Below are positions 1 through 8,125 of a stretch of DNA of 29,015 bases, in pieces. The position numbers and the translations under genes are program-made. How positions within the stretch are numbered: position 1 is the first letter of the stretch; each line of letters opens with the position of its first letter. The DNA lies in IMG/VR virus record IMGVR_UViG_3300037419_000862, positions 1 to 29,015 of that record; one strand, written 5' to 3'. The stretch is from a virus (lineage: Duplodnaviria; Caudoviricetes). The notes under the pieces were generated by a model. The model worked only from the letters and a program-made list of their open reading frames with translations, made no database searches and was not told the DNA's origin.

Positions 1-874
1 ATTGCTCCTCCTCGATGCGCTCCTCAAGCTCCTCGGCCTGCTCGATCACTTCCTCCTGAACGACAGGCGGCTCGGGCTCGGCGTGCGCAATCGTGTCGTC
101 GCCGGAGATATGATGCTCGAGCGCGTCCAGGCGCGCGACGGGTGCTGTCGGCTCCGGTTCCGGCTGAGCGGTGCGGAAGCCGCCCGGCGGCGACATCGTC
201 TCGTCGCGTTCGAAGATCGCCTCAATATCCGTCGACATCGGCAGCCGCTTCGAATGGTGCCTGATCACGGTTTTGATCGCGCCCTCGTCGTAGAACTTGG
301 TCCACATGAGGCTGTTCTTGCCGATCGGGTTCTGCTCGCGGGCGCGCTCGATGCGCCAACGCGGCAGATAGTCGCGGCTCTTCGTGCCGTCCTTGAACGT
401 GACGATCGAGTAGGCGCCGACGACCTGGCCCGGATCGCCCTCCTCGTAGGGCTTGTGATAGATGCGCTGGTCGTCGCCGAGCAGCCGCTCGAACTCGTCC
501 CGCTCGAACACGGCGGAAGCCTCCCAGCTGGCGATCTCGCCGCTGTTGCGGACTTTCTTCATGATGCCGTTCACCATCGGCATCCACTGCGCGCGGCCCT
601 TGAACGGGATGATCGCGCCTTCCCGGCCATCGGGAAGCAAGCCGTCCTGGGCTGAACGGATCAGCGCGCCGAAGAGCGAGTTGCGATCCACCTTCTGCGG
701 GTTGAGCAGGTCAGGGTTCTGCTGCGCCGCCGTCAGCGCCACCCGAATGAAGCGGTCCTCGGGAATGTGGCTCGGCAGCGCCATCTTCAGCTGTTCGCGG
801 AATGCGGGCTGCGTCAGCGTCTGCCGGAAGACGGCAATCGGGCTGGCGGTGCGCTCGGCGAGTTGCGTGGCCAT
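1..874 (-). CDS. recT: RecT-family ssDNA annealing recombinase (runs off left edge)
   Basis: Not in ORF track (truncated). Manual minus-strand translation from ATG 874: MATQLAERTASPIAVFRQTLTQPAFREQLKMALPSHIPEDRFIRVALTAAQQNPDLL...SLFGALIRSAQDGLLPDGREGAIIPFKG...MWTKFYDEGAIKTVIRHHSKRLPMS, a typical RecT pattern; adjacent to YqaJ exonuclease. Confidence 0.92.
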   Translation of the reverse strand, partial: MATQLAERTASPIAVFRQTLTQPAFREQLKMALPSHIPEDRFIRVALTAAQQNPDLLNPQKVDRNSLFGALIRSAQDGLLPDGREGAIIPFKGRAQWMPMVNGIMKKVRNSGEIASWEASAVFERDEFERLLGDDQRIYHKPYEEGDPGQVVGAYSIVTFKDGTKSRDYLPRWRIERAREQNPIGKNSLMWTKFYDEGAIKTVIRHHSKRLPMSTDIEAIFERDETMSPPGGFRTAQPEPEPTAPVARLDALEHHISGDDTIAHAEPEPPVVQEEVIEQAEELEERIEEEQ

Positions 875-876
875 GA

Positions 877-1827
877 TTAAGTCAGCTCCTTCACGGTGAT
901 TCTGCGGTAAGCCTTGCGGCCGCGAATGATCTCGCCGGGCTTGGCCGGGCGATCAGGAACGGCGGCAACCTGCGTCGCGCGGACACTGAAGCCGTTGAGC
1001 AGCGCCGTTGAGGCGGCGCCCATCTTGTCCATCAGCTCGGCCTTGGCGGCGTCCTCGCGCTTCTCGGCTTCGAGCCGAGCTTCCTTGGCAAACAGGAACG
1101 CCGCGGCGGCTTCGTGCGCCAGATTGTCGGCGCGAAGATCGATGGTCTCGTCCGTACCCTCGCGGTTTAGCTCGACGATGGTGTCGAGGTCGCGCGTGTA
1201 ATCGGCCGGCGGCGGATCGTTGGCTTCGATGCTCTGCCAGAAGTCGTCGACGCGCCGCTCGATCTCGGCGTAGATCTTCGGCCTGAAGTCGTAGCAAAAA
1301 CGCTCCAGCCTGTTGCCGCCGACGAGGACGAGCACGTCGCCCCACTGGACACCATCGAGCCCCTGGTATGCTTGGCTCTGCAGGAGATAGTGCATCGGAG
1401 GCTCATCGCCCCAGCTTTTGCGGACCAGCCAATCGGCGGTCTTGATCTCGAGGACACCCGGACCGCGCTCGGGGCAGATAACGCGACGATCCGGGTGCCC
1501 TCCGAGCCCCCTTCCATTGGAGAGCCGGTTCAGTTGTTCGCGATCCTGATAGCCGTAACGTTCCTTCGCGGCTTCGATGATCGCGGCTTCGAGGCGGACG
1601 CCCCAATAAATTCTCTCGTCCTCCGGCACGCCGTCATGGAGCGCGTTGAAGGCAGGCGTGTCGATGTTGCCCGCCTTGCGATGCCACAATTCGAAGCGCG
1701 TCAGATATGGCGAGCAATCGAAAAGCGCTGCGACCTCGGATGCGCCCACGTGCGTGGCGCGGAAGTGATCATCGTCCAGCGGCATGGCGTCGAGGATGTC
1801 GCCGACGGATTGCGGGCGCGCGTTCAT
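877..1827 (-). CDS. YqaJ/lambda-exonuclease family 5'-3' exonuclease
   Basis: Motifs HVGASEVAAL, WGVRLE, GHPDR, LEIKT, YLLQSQAY; start moved to MNARPQ (ATG 1827), overlapping the upstream stop. Confidence 0.9.
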   Translation of the reverse strand: MNARPQSVGDILDAMPLDDDHFRATHVGASEVAALFDCSPYLTRFELWHRKAGNIDTPAFNALHDGVPEDERIYWGVRLEAAIIEAAKERYGYQDREQLNRLSNGRGLGGHPDRRVICPERGPGVLEIKTADWLVRKSWGDEPPMHYLLQSQAYQGLDGVQWGDVLVLVGGNRLERFCYDFRPKIYAEIERRVDDFWQSIEANDPPPADYTRDLDTIVELNREGTDETIDLRADNLAHEAAAAFLFAKEARLEAEKREDAAKAELMDKMGAASTALLNGFSVRATQVAAVPDRPAKPGEIIRGRKAYRRITVKELT

Positions 1828-2105
1828 AGAACAGCCTCGCTGATCGCCGCCTCGATCTGCTTCCAAGTCAGCCCAGTCGCGGCGACGAACCGCTCGGCAA
1901 ATTCCTCGCGCAGAGCGTCGATGCGGTCGTCCGCCTCGGTCGCGCGGTCGCCGAACTCGTCGGCGGCATTGTCGTCGCCCGTAGCGGTCGCGTGTTCAGC
2001 CGAAGCGATGGCCTCTTCCCAGTCGCTGCGGGCCTCGCGAAGATCGATCAGCACGTTCGCCAGCGTGCGCGGGCGTTGGAGTGTTGCAACATTATGCGGT
2101 GGCAT
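1824..2105 (-). CDS. hypothetical coiled-coil phage protein
   Basis: MPPHNVATLQR... with GGAGG RBS upstream of ATG 2105; acidic helical sequence; coupled to neighbours. Confidence 0.7.
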   Translation of the reverse strand: MPPHNVATLQRPRTLANVLIDLREARSDWEEAIASAEHATATGDDNAADEFGDRATEADDRIDALREEFAERFVAATGLTWKQIEAAISEAVL

Positions 2106-2355
2106 GATCGCCTCCGTTCCTGAAGGGCGACCGGCACTGCCTCGAGCGCTCGCCACGGGAATAAACCGTCACCACAGTCGCGCCCTGCAGCACGAGCCTG
2201 GAGCCGTCGCCGAGCCTTACGATCTCGCAATGGAACTCGGCGGCCTTCTCGATTGCGCGTGAATGCGAGAGGATATGCTCGCGCGCCTCGTCATATGAGC
2301 AGGGCAGCACCCGCTCTCCGAAGCGGCGGCAGGCGTGTTCGGTCACGCGGATCAT
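2092..2355 (-). CDS. small hypothetical protein with TEHAxxRxxER motif
   Basis: MIRVTEHACRRFGERV...GATVVTVY; ATG 2355 overlaps the upstream stop. Confidence 0.65.
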   Translation of the reverse strand: MIRVTEHACRRFGERVLPCSYDEAREHILSHSRAIEKAAEFHCEIVRLGDGSRLVLQGATVVTVYSRGERSRQCRSPFRNGGDHATA

Positions 2356-2540
2356 GCCGCCACCACGAACCGCCCGTTCGGCAGCTCCTTCGGCGTAAGG
2401 TCGGCGCGCTCGCGCTGATCCTTGAAGTCGCTCCAATCGACCTTCTCGGGATAGCCGCACCGGCAAGCGCTGCTCAGCGTCGTCTTGCGGTAGCCAACCA
2501 TGAGGCCTCCGCAGCACGGGCACTCGGGGAGCAGGCTCAC
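2352..2540 (-). CDS. small Zn-ribbon protein
   Basis: CPCCGG...CRCG cysteine pattern; GTG start at 2540 coupled to the upstream stop. Confidence 0.6.
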   Translation of the reverse strand: MSLLPECPCCGGLMVGYRKTTLSSACRCGYPEKVDWSDFKDQRERADLTPKELPNGRFVVAA

Positions 2541-2725
2541 AGCAGGAACTCCGCCACGACCCACGCCAGCCCCGCAGTCGCCAGCAGGCCGAAGACGAAG
2601 CCGCTAAGCATCGCGATCGCGTTCTCGCGGATGAAGGCGAAGATCGCATCGCGATAACGGCTGTCGAAGTCAGTCTCGCGCTGCAGGCTCTCGGCCGGCG
2701 GAATATCCCAGGGAGTGGGCGACAT
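2537..2725 (-). CDS. small membrane protein, first gene of leftward early operon
   Basis: C-terminal hydrophobic stretch AIAMLSGFVFGLLATAGLAWVVAEFLL; GAAGGAG RBS upstream of ATG. Confidence 0.75.
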   Translation of the reverse strand: MSPTPWDIPPAESLQRETDFDSRYRDAIFAFIRENAIAMLSGFVFGLLATAGLAWVVAEFLL

Positions 2726-2748
2726 AGATAGGCTCCTTCGTTGGAGCC

Positions 2749-2777
2749 TTAGTAGGATACGTCCTACCCTATGTCAA
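2749..2777 (-). promoter_or_regulatory. PL-like sigma70 promoter with operator in the spacer
   Basis: Minus strand TTGACA(2777-2772)-17 nt-TACTAA(2754-2749); palindrome GTAGGA-TACG-TCCTAC at 2752-2767. Confidence 0.85.
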
Positions 2778-2789
2778 CAGAAGTTTTTT

Positions 2790-3425
2790 CTATCCTACTT
2801 GGTCGAGCATTTCGCGAGAGCGGCGCGGCATGATGAACAAGACACGCGTGGCCCATTCGACCTCGACATTCTCCATGTCAGGCGCGTTCAGCGAACGCAG
2901 CGTGAAGCGTCCAGGCTCACTTCCGCGAACCAGCTGCTTCACATAAGTCTCGCCAGTCGCCAGACGCACGGCGCAATCGTCGCCGATATCGTCCTCGAGA
3001 ATGCCGACATGGTTGCGCTGGATGTAGATAATGTCGCCGTCGCGGTATTTCGGGAGCATCGAAGAGCCCTCGACGACGAGGGCCACCAGCTTGCCTGAGA
3101 CACCCGGCGGCCGAAGCACCGAGTCTTCCGGGTCAAGCTTTTCATCATCTTGCAACGCCACAAAAACCACGCTCCCACCAGCCCCGATCTTGCCGACGAT
3201 CGGCACGCGAGGCAATGCTAGGAGGTCGCCGAGCTCGACGTCCAGCGCACCCGCAAGCTTCCGCAAAGTGCTGAACTGAACGTCACCGACCTTGGTTAGC
3301 AGATCCTTGACCAGCGTCTTGCTGCTGCTGACGCGTTGCGAAAGCGTCGTCGGCTTGACGCCTTTCCGCTCCATGATGCGCTGCAGGTTCTCCCGGATTG
3401 TCGTGATGTCTGGCTGATCCGGCAC
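2790..3425 (-). CDS. cI: CI-like repressor (HTH + S24 LexA-type autopeptidase)
   Basis: N-terminal XRE HTH (IRENLQRIMERKGVKPTTLSQRV...TLRKLAGALDV), AG cleavage site (GKIGAGG), VEGSSMLP catalytic Ser, YVKQL Lys. Probable start GTG 3425 rather than 3860. Confidence 0.92.
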   Translation of the reverse strand: MPDQPDITTIRENLQRIMERKGVKPTTLSQRVSSSKTLVKDLLTKVGDVQFSTLRKLAGALDVELGDLLALPRVPIVGKIGAGGSVVFVALQDDEKLDPEDSVLRPPGVSGKLVALVVEGSSMLPKYRDGDIIYIQRNHVGILEDDIGDDCAVRLATGETYVKQLVRGSEPGRFTLRSLNAPDMENVEVEWATRVLFIMPRRSREMLDQVG

Positions 3426-3432
3426 AAGGCTG

Positions 3433-3461
3433 ATTATTGCCGTGTCCGGGGGAGCGATGAA
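3433..3461 (-). promoter_or_regulatory. PRM-like promoter, probably leaderless cI transcript
   Basis: Minus strand TTCATC(3461-3456)-17 nt-AATAAT(3438-3433)-7 nt-GTG; no SD visible. Confidence 0.5.
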
Positions 3462-3462
3462 G

Positions 3463-3508
3463 CGCGGATAAACCCTACTTGACGGTTGGATGTGTCCTAC
3501 CTTATGAG
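3463..3508 (+). promoter_or_regulatory. OR operators and PR-like promoter
   Basis: GTTGGA-TGTG-TCCTAC (3485-3500, 11/12 match to the left operator) and weaker CGCGGA-TAAA-CCCTAC (3463-3478); TTGACG(3479-3484)-18 nt-TATGAG(3503-3508). Confidence 0.75.
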
Positions 3509-3704
3509 TAGCCGCGTGACTCTCATCGACGACATCCAGGCATTTTGCGAAACTCACGGCTTGTCCATCTGGCAGTTCGGCGAGCTGTCGATGAACGACA
3601 AGTCTTTCGTGAAAAACCTCCAGAACGGTCGCCGCATTTGGCCCGAGACGGAGGCCAAGGTCCGTCGCTTCATGGCGACATACCGACCCGAGGCAGCTGC
3701 GTGA
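3504..3704 (+). CDS. Cro-like small DNA-binding protein
   Basis: Divergent from cI; LIDDIQAFCETHGLSIWQFGELSMNDKSFVKNLQNGRRIWPETEAKVRRFM resembles alphaproteobacterial Cro-type proteins. True start may be GTG 3516. Confidence 0.8.
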   Translation: MSSRVTLIDDIQAFCETHGLSIWQFGELSMNDKSFVKNLQNGRRIWPETEAKVRRFMATYRPEAAA

Positions 3705-3750
3705 GCGCCGCGATTTTCGTAACCGAGCATTGCCCTGTGGATAAGTCAGG

Positions 3751-4119
3751 GTGAATGCGAATGTCTTCCCCCTTGACGCTGAAAGTTTTCGGGCGGTGAC
3801 CGCGCGGCCGACCCGCCACGCATATCGCGAGGCGGTCGCCGACATCGTTCGGTCCATCAAGGCTCAGCACCGGCTCTCGAACGAGGCGCTGGGTGACGTG
3901 GTCGGCTGCCACGAGGACACGATCAAGAACGCCGAGAACCAGGCCGGGAACCTCGATGCCGTGACGTTGCTCGCGCTCGCGTGGGCGTTCGGCGAAGAGG
4001 CGATCGCTCCCGTGCGGAGCCTCTATCTGCGCTCCGGCCCTGATTTGCCGACGGCCTTGGAACGGCTCGAGCGCATCGAACGCGAGGCGGCGGCTCTCAA
4101 AAGGGAACTTGAGATATGA
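3751..4119 (+). CDS. XRE-like HTH protein at CII position
   Basis: LSNEALGDVVGCHEDTIKNAENQAGNLDAVTLLAL HTH pattern; follows cro. Confidence 0.7.
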   Translation: MNANVFPLDAESFRAVTARPTRHAYREAVADIVRSIKAQHRLSNEALGDVVGCHEDTIKNAENQAGNLDAVTLLALAWAFGEEAIAPVRSLYLRSGPDLPTALERLERIEREAAALKRELEI

Positions 4120-4337
4120 CCGCTACCTTCGGCTGCGGCCATCCCCGCTCGCCTGAAAACAGCATCGCCGCGACGACCGTCCGCAAGTGCGATGGCTCGC
4201 GCCCGTACACCGTCTGCCGCTTCTGCAATCGCGTGCGCAACATGCGCATCGTGGCCGAGCGCAGGCAGCAGCGCATCAATGCCGGCCTGCCCGTGGATCG
4301 GCGCACGATCGGCTCAGCCGCGGTGCCGTGGCTATGA
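4116..4337 (+). CDS. small Cys/His Zn-binding hypothetical protein
   Basis: CGHPRSPENS...CRFCNR; ATGA overlaps at both ends. Confidence 0.6.
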   Translation: MTATFGCGHPRSPENSIAATTVRKCDGSRPYTVCRFCNRVRNMRIVAERRQQRINAGLPVDRRTIGSAAVPWL

Positions 4338-4486
4338 TCGCCCGCTTCCTCGCCAAGCGCCGACAGCAGCGCGCCAAGGCCAAGCTTCAGCGCATCGTTG
4401 AGGAGACGCGGGAGAGCTTCGAGGCCGAGCAATTCAGGCGGCGGCGTGAAGCTGCCCTCAAGCATCATCGAAAGGCCACAGCATGA
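4334..4486 (+). CDS. small basic hypothetical protein
   Basis: MIARFLAKRRQQRAKAKLQRIVEE...; ATGA-coupled to neighbours. Confidence 0.6.
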   Translation: MIARFLAKRRQQRAKAKLQRIVEETRESFEAEQFRRRREAALKHHRKATA

Positions 4487-4686
4487 GATCGTTTGCATCG
4501 GCGGAAAGCCGTGAGCGTCACCGCGAAGCTTCGTCGCGTGGTGGCCATACCTGGACATCGATCCGCCGTGCCCACCGCGAAGACGGCATGGCAGCCGCAG
4601 TCGCTTGGCGAGAGAGCCGCCGTTGCCATTGCGGCGCGCTCGCGTGGCAAGCGTGCGAGCATCGGCCAGAGGGCCTGACGCAGTGA
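4483..4686 (+). CDS. hypothetical protein
   Basis: ATGA/GTGA overlap chain with neighbours; CHC...CEH residues. Confidence 0.5.
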   Translation: MRSFASAESRERHREASSRGGHTWTSIRRAHREDGMAAAVAWRESRRCHCGALAWQACEHRPEGLTQ

Positions 4687-4805
4687 TCGTCCGTCACTCG
4701 CAGAACATCCGCCCGCCCGCGCCCCGCGTCACGCCATTCGGCGAGAAGCTGCGCGAGGCCTTCGAGCGCGCTCAGCGGGCGGCACAATCAAGCAAGGGAG
4801 AATGA
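4683..4805 (+). CDS. small hypothetical protein
   Basis: GTG start, VIVRHSQNIRPPAPRVTPFGEKLREAFERAQ; coupled at both ends. Confidence 0.5.
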   Translation: MIVRHSQNIRPPAPRVTPFGEKLREAFERAQRAAQSSKGE

Positions 4806-5176
4806 TCATGGAAGTCGCCGCCGACAAACTCCGCCTCTTCATCGAGCGTGTCGAACGCCTTGAGGAAGAGAAGAAGGGCATCGCTGCAGATATCAGCGAC
4901 GTCTACGCTGAGGCCAAGGCGCACGGCTATGATACGAAGATCATGCGCGAATGCGTGAAGCTCCGCGCGATGGAGACGCACGACCTCCAAGAGCGTGATG
5001 CACTGCTCGCGACATATCGAGATGCGCTTGGGATGCCATTCGTCAGCACTCCTCTCGGGCAATATGCCGAGCACCTGACAGAGATGGACGAACAGGGCAT
5101 CGGCGTCAGCGTGAAGGCCGGTGATGGGCCAATGACGCCGCTCAATGAGACTGCCCGCGCCAAGCAAGCTGCCTGA
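4802..5176 (+). CDS. GapR/DUF2312 (UPF0335) nucleoid-associated protein homolog with C-terminal extension
   Basis: AADKLRLFIERVERLEEEKKGIAADISDVYAEAKAHGYDTKIMRECVKLR matches the DUF2312 signature. Confidence 0.9.
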   Translation: MIMEVAADKLRLFIERVERLEEEKKGIAADISDVYAEAKAHGYDTKIMRECVKLRAMETHDLQERDALLATYRDALGMPFVSTPLGQYAEHLTEMDEQGIGVSVKAGDGPMTPLNETARAKQAA

Positions 5177-5179
5177 CCT

Positions 5180-5632
5180 ATGCAGGCCGCGCTAGAGCTT
5201 CCGATCCCGCTCGCTGGCGTCAGCATCACGGTCGCCGGTCCGCCGGTGCCGAAAGGTCGGCCGCGCTTGTCGACAATCGGCGGCCACGCGCGTGCCTTCA
5301 CGCCGGCGAAGACGCGCCGCTACGAGGATCTCATCCGGCTTGAGGCTGGCCGCGTCATGGAAGGGCGCGACCAGCTTCAAGGTCCGCTGTGCGTGAAGAT
5401 CAGGGCGTTCATGCAGACGCCGCAAGCGATCGCCAAACATAAGACGCGCGGACCGGCCGCCGAGATGGGCGACTTGCGGCCGCTCACGAAGCCGGACGTC
5501 GACAATTTCGCCAAGGTCATCGATGCCTTGAACGGCATCGTCTGGCCGGATGACAACCAGGTCGTCGAGCTGACGGTCGAGAAGTTCTACTCAACCCGGC
5601 CTCGGCTCGAACTGACGGCGGTCGAGCTGTGA
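5180..5632 (+). CDS. rusA: RusA-family Holliday junction resolvase
   Basis: PVPKGRPR, KPDVDNFAKVIDALNGIVWPDDNQVVEL. Confidence 0.93.
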   Translation: MQAALELPIPLAGVSITVAGPPVPKGRPRLSTIGGHARAFTPAKTRRYEDLIRLEAGRVMEGRDQLQGPLCVKIRAFMQTPQAIAKHKTRGPAAEMGDLRPLTKPDVDNFAKVIDALNGIVWPDDNQVVELTVEKFYSTRPRLELTAVEL

Positions 5633-5943
5633 CCCGCGTCTTCATCTCCGAAATCCAGCGCGCGGTCGCTCGCGAGCATGGCATTGACGCCGCGGTCATG
5701 CGCGAGCCGGACGGCATCGGCGCACGAGCACGCGATCACGTCTGGCCGCGGCAGGAGGCGATCCGTCTCTCGTTCATGCTGACCGAGCATTCCTGCATCC
5801 GCATTGGCCAGATGTTCGGCAATCGCGATCATTCGACAGTGCTTGAGGCGTCCCGCCGCGCGGCCGAGCGCCGCAGGCGCGATCCCGAGGTCCACGACCG
5901 GCTGCGGCGCGTGACGCTTGAGCTGCTGAGGGCGGGGCTGTGA
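5629..5943 (+). CDS. DnaA C-terminal (domain IV)-like HTH protein
   Basis: IQRAVAREHGI...VWPRQEAI...IGQMFGNRDHSTVL matches the DnaA_C pattern. Confidence 0.85.
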   Translation: MTRVFISEIQRAVAREHGIDAAVMREPDGIGARARDHVWPRQEAIRLSFMLTEHSCIRIGQMFGNRDHSTVLEASRRAAERRRRDPEVHDRLRRVTLELLRAGL

Positions 5944-6812
5944 GCCGCGCGGCAACATCGCGGCTGAAGGTCAATCCGCCGCTCGGATCGCTTCCGGTGC
6001 TGCAATATTGCTCGCCGGAGCAGCTCCAGATTGATCCTGCGTATCAGCGCTCGCTTGAGGTCCCCAGCAGCCAAACCCTGATCCGCAGGATCGCTGTCCA
6101 TTGGGATTGGGGGCTTTGTCAGCCTCTTTCGGTGGCCAGGCGCATCGATGGCGGTCTTTACGTCGTGGATGGCCAGCATAGGTTAGAGGCCGCGCGGCTT
6201 CGTGGAGACATTCAGCAGCTTCCATGCGTCGTCACGATGTTTGCGTCTGCGGCCGAAGAAGCGGCATCGTTCGTCGCGCTCAATCAGCAGCGTCGGCCAC
6301 TTAACAGGCTTCAGCTCTTTAGGGCTGCGCTCGCGGCAAACGACCAAGAGGCCGCGACCATCAATCGCGCGCTCGCGAGTTGCGATATGTGGATCGGCAG
6401 CTCGAATGACCTAAGCATCCAGAAGCCCGGCGCGCTCACTTGCGTCGCAGGCTTGGAAAACTGTCTTCGAGTCCACGGCAGCGCAACACTCACTGCGGCG
6501 CTCGAAATCTTGTCGCAGTCATTCAAAGGGGAACGCTACCGCTACGCGGGTACCTTGTTCCCCGGCATCGCGGCCATTGTTGCGGACGAAGTTGCGCGCG
6601 ACGCCAGGTTCGCGCGGCAGGACGGCGGCTCAAGCGAGCGCTTTATCCTTATGGTCGAAATGATCTCCGGAGCTGAGCAGCGGCAATGGGCGGAGGAAGT
6701 GCTTCTTTCGGTCGCAGCTGGCGAATCATCCAGCCGTCGCATGGGCGCCGAGAAGGTCTTCCGCAAAGCATGGGCCGAGTGCTTGGCAGAAGCGCTCGAC
6801 GAAGCCGCCTAA
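5940..6812 (+). CDS. ParB N-terminal-like (DGQHR / DUF6551-like) protein
   Basis: LQIDPAYQR, LSVARR, YVVDGQHRLEAA, EEAASFVALN motifs of the ParB/Srx superfamily. Confidence 0.8.
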   Translation: MSRAATSRLKVNPPLGSLPVLQYCSPEQLQIDPAYQRSLEVPSSQTLIRRIAVHWDWGLCQPLSVARRIDGGLYVVDGQHRLEAARLRGDIQQLPCVVTMFASAAEEAASFVALNQQRRPLNRLQLFRAALAANDQEAATINRALASCDMWIGSSNDLSIQKPGALTCVAGLENCLRVHGSATLTAALEILSQSFKGERYRYAGTLFPGIAAIVADEVARDARFARQDGGSSERFILMVEMISGAEQRQWAEEVLLSVAAGESSSRRMGAEKVFRKAWAECLAEALDEAA

Positions 6813-7552
6813 TGGTCGCCGCCTCAACCCTTCGCCGTCACAAGACGACGCACGGCCGCGAGCGCATGGGCACGATCATGCTCGGCGCGCTCGACCCTGC
6901 CTATCGCTACGGGCGCACGATCTTCCCCTCGCGCGTGTTCGATCCTTCAGAGGTCCAGCGCGTCCTCAAGGACGGCCATCAGAGCCGCAAGATTGGCAAG
7001 TTCGTCACGAAGGGGCCGCGGCGCGGGTGGCCGCTTTTCACGCTCACGCTTGAGGAGCGTGCCACCTGCCCGCGAAGCTGCAAGGCCTGGTCCTTTTGCT
7101 ACGGCAACAACATGCAAGCGGCCGAGCGCATCGTCGCCGGTCCCGAGCTTGAGGCTGCGTTATGGCGCGAGCTGGATACTTTGCAAACACGCCACCCGGG
7201 CGGCTTCATGGTCCGGCTGCACGTGCTCGGCGACTTCTACAGTACCGCCTACGTCCAGCTGTGGGCTGACGCGCTCGACGCCTTTCCGGCTCTGCGCGTC
7301 TTCGGCTTTACCGCTCACGATCCGGCGCTAACCGAGATTGGCGCGATGCTGATGCGGCTGGCGACCCGCGATTGGGAACGCTTCGCCATGCGCTTCTCCG
7401 GCCTGGATGGGCCGATGCTCGGCTCGCAGCTGATGCCTGATGTGCATCCGCAAGCGGTCCAGTGCCCCGCTCAGACGAACGCGACCGACTGCTGCGGCAC
7501 GTGCGGCCTGTGCTGGCATTCGAAGCGCTCGATCGCGTTCGCGAGGCACTGA
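6812..7552 (+). CDS. Gp88-like Cys-rich (putative Fe-S, radical-SAM-like) protein
   Basis: TLTLEERATCPRSCKAWSFCY, VRLHVLGDFYS, VFGFT, C-terminal CPAQ...CCGTCGLCW; ATG overlaps the upstream TAA. Confidence 0.7.
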   Translation: MVAASTLRRHKTTHGRERMGTIMLGALDPAYRYGRTIFPSRVFDPSEVQRVLKDGHQSRKIGKFVTKGPRRGWPLFTLTLEERATCPRSCKAWSFCYGNNMQAAERIVAGPELEAALWRELDTLQTRHPGGFMVRLHVLGDFYSTAYVQLWADALDAFPALRVFGFTAHDPALTEIGAMLMRLATRDWERFAMRFSGLDGPMLGSQLMPDVHPQAVQCPAQTNATDCCGTCGLCWHSKRSIAFARH

Positions 7553-7586
7553 TGGCCCAGCCTCTCATTCTCGACGGGCTCTGACG

Positions 7587-7772
7587 ATGCAGCGGCGCCG
7601 TGCTCAAATCTCCAAGGCCAACGCGACGGCCGCGCTCACGCGGCTGCTCTACGGCTGCACGCCCGAGCGCCTGGCGGGCTTCACAGCGCAATATCTCGCC
7701 GCGAGCTACGCCGTGCCGCTCGACAAGGCCGAGCAGATGCTCAGCGCCGCACGGCAAGGGCGATTGCTGTGA
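7587..7772 (+). CDS. small hypothetical protein
   Basis: MQRRRAQISKANATAALTRLLYG...; stop overlaps the next GTG. Confidence 0.55.
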   Translation: MQRRRAQISKANATAALTRLLYGCTPERLAGFTAQYLAASYAVPLDKAEQMLSAARQGRLL

Positions 7773-8125
7773 CGGACCAGACGCCTCTTCCACGCCCGAC
7801 ACGGCGTTCCGACTATGAGCCTATCGTCAAGGCGATTCGCCCGTGGATCGGCGAAGAGGAGCTGATGCTGCGCTCGAGCCTGCTGCTGATGCGCGACAGA
7901 GCCGCAGCGACGAAGCCCGTTGCGTGCGCGCCGGCGTGGGCGCTGCTCGACATCGTTGAGCGCGAGGCGTCGGAAGCCGCGCTCAGCCATCGCATCGAGC
8001 TCGACGATCTGCGCGAGATCCGGCGCCTGTGCGTGATGTGCGTCTCCCACGCGTCGAGCTTCGACACGCTCTACCAGCCACGCCTTCCCGGCATGGACGA
8101 AGGGGAGGCGAATGGGCGTGGCTGA
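7769..8125 (+). CDS. hypothetical protein upstream of helicase
   Basis: 118 aa ORF in the operon chain. Confidence 0.6.
   Translation: MTDQTPLPRPTRRSDYEPIVKAIRPWIGEEELMLRSSLLLMRDRAAATKPVACAPAWALLDIVEREASEAALSHRIELDDLREIRRLCVMCVSHASSFDTLYQPRLPGMDEGEANGRG

Noticed and set aside
3426-3860. N-terminal extension of CI in the ORF track (356 aa)
   Set aside because: It overlaps cro, the operators and the promoters; the HTH begins only after about 3425.
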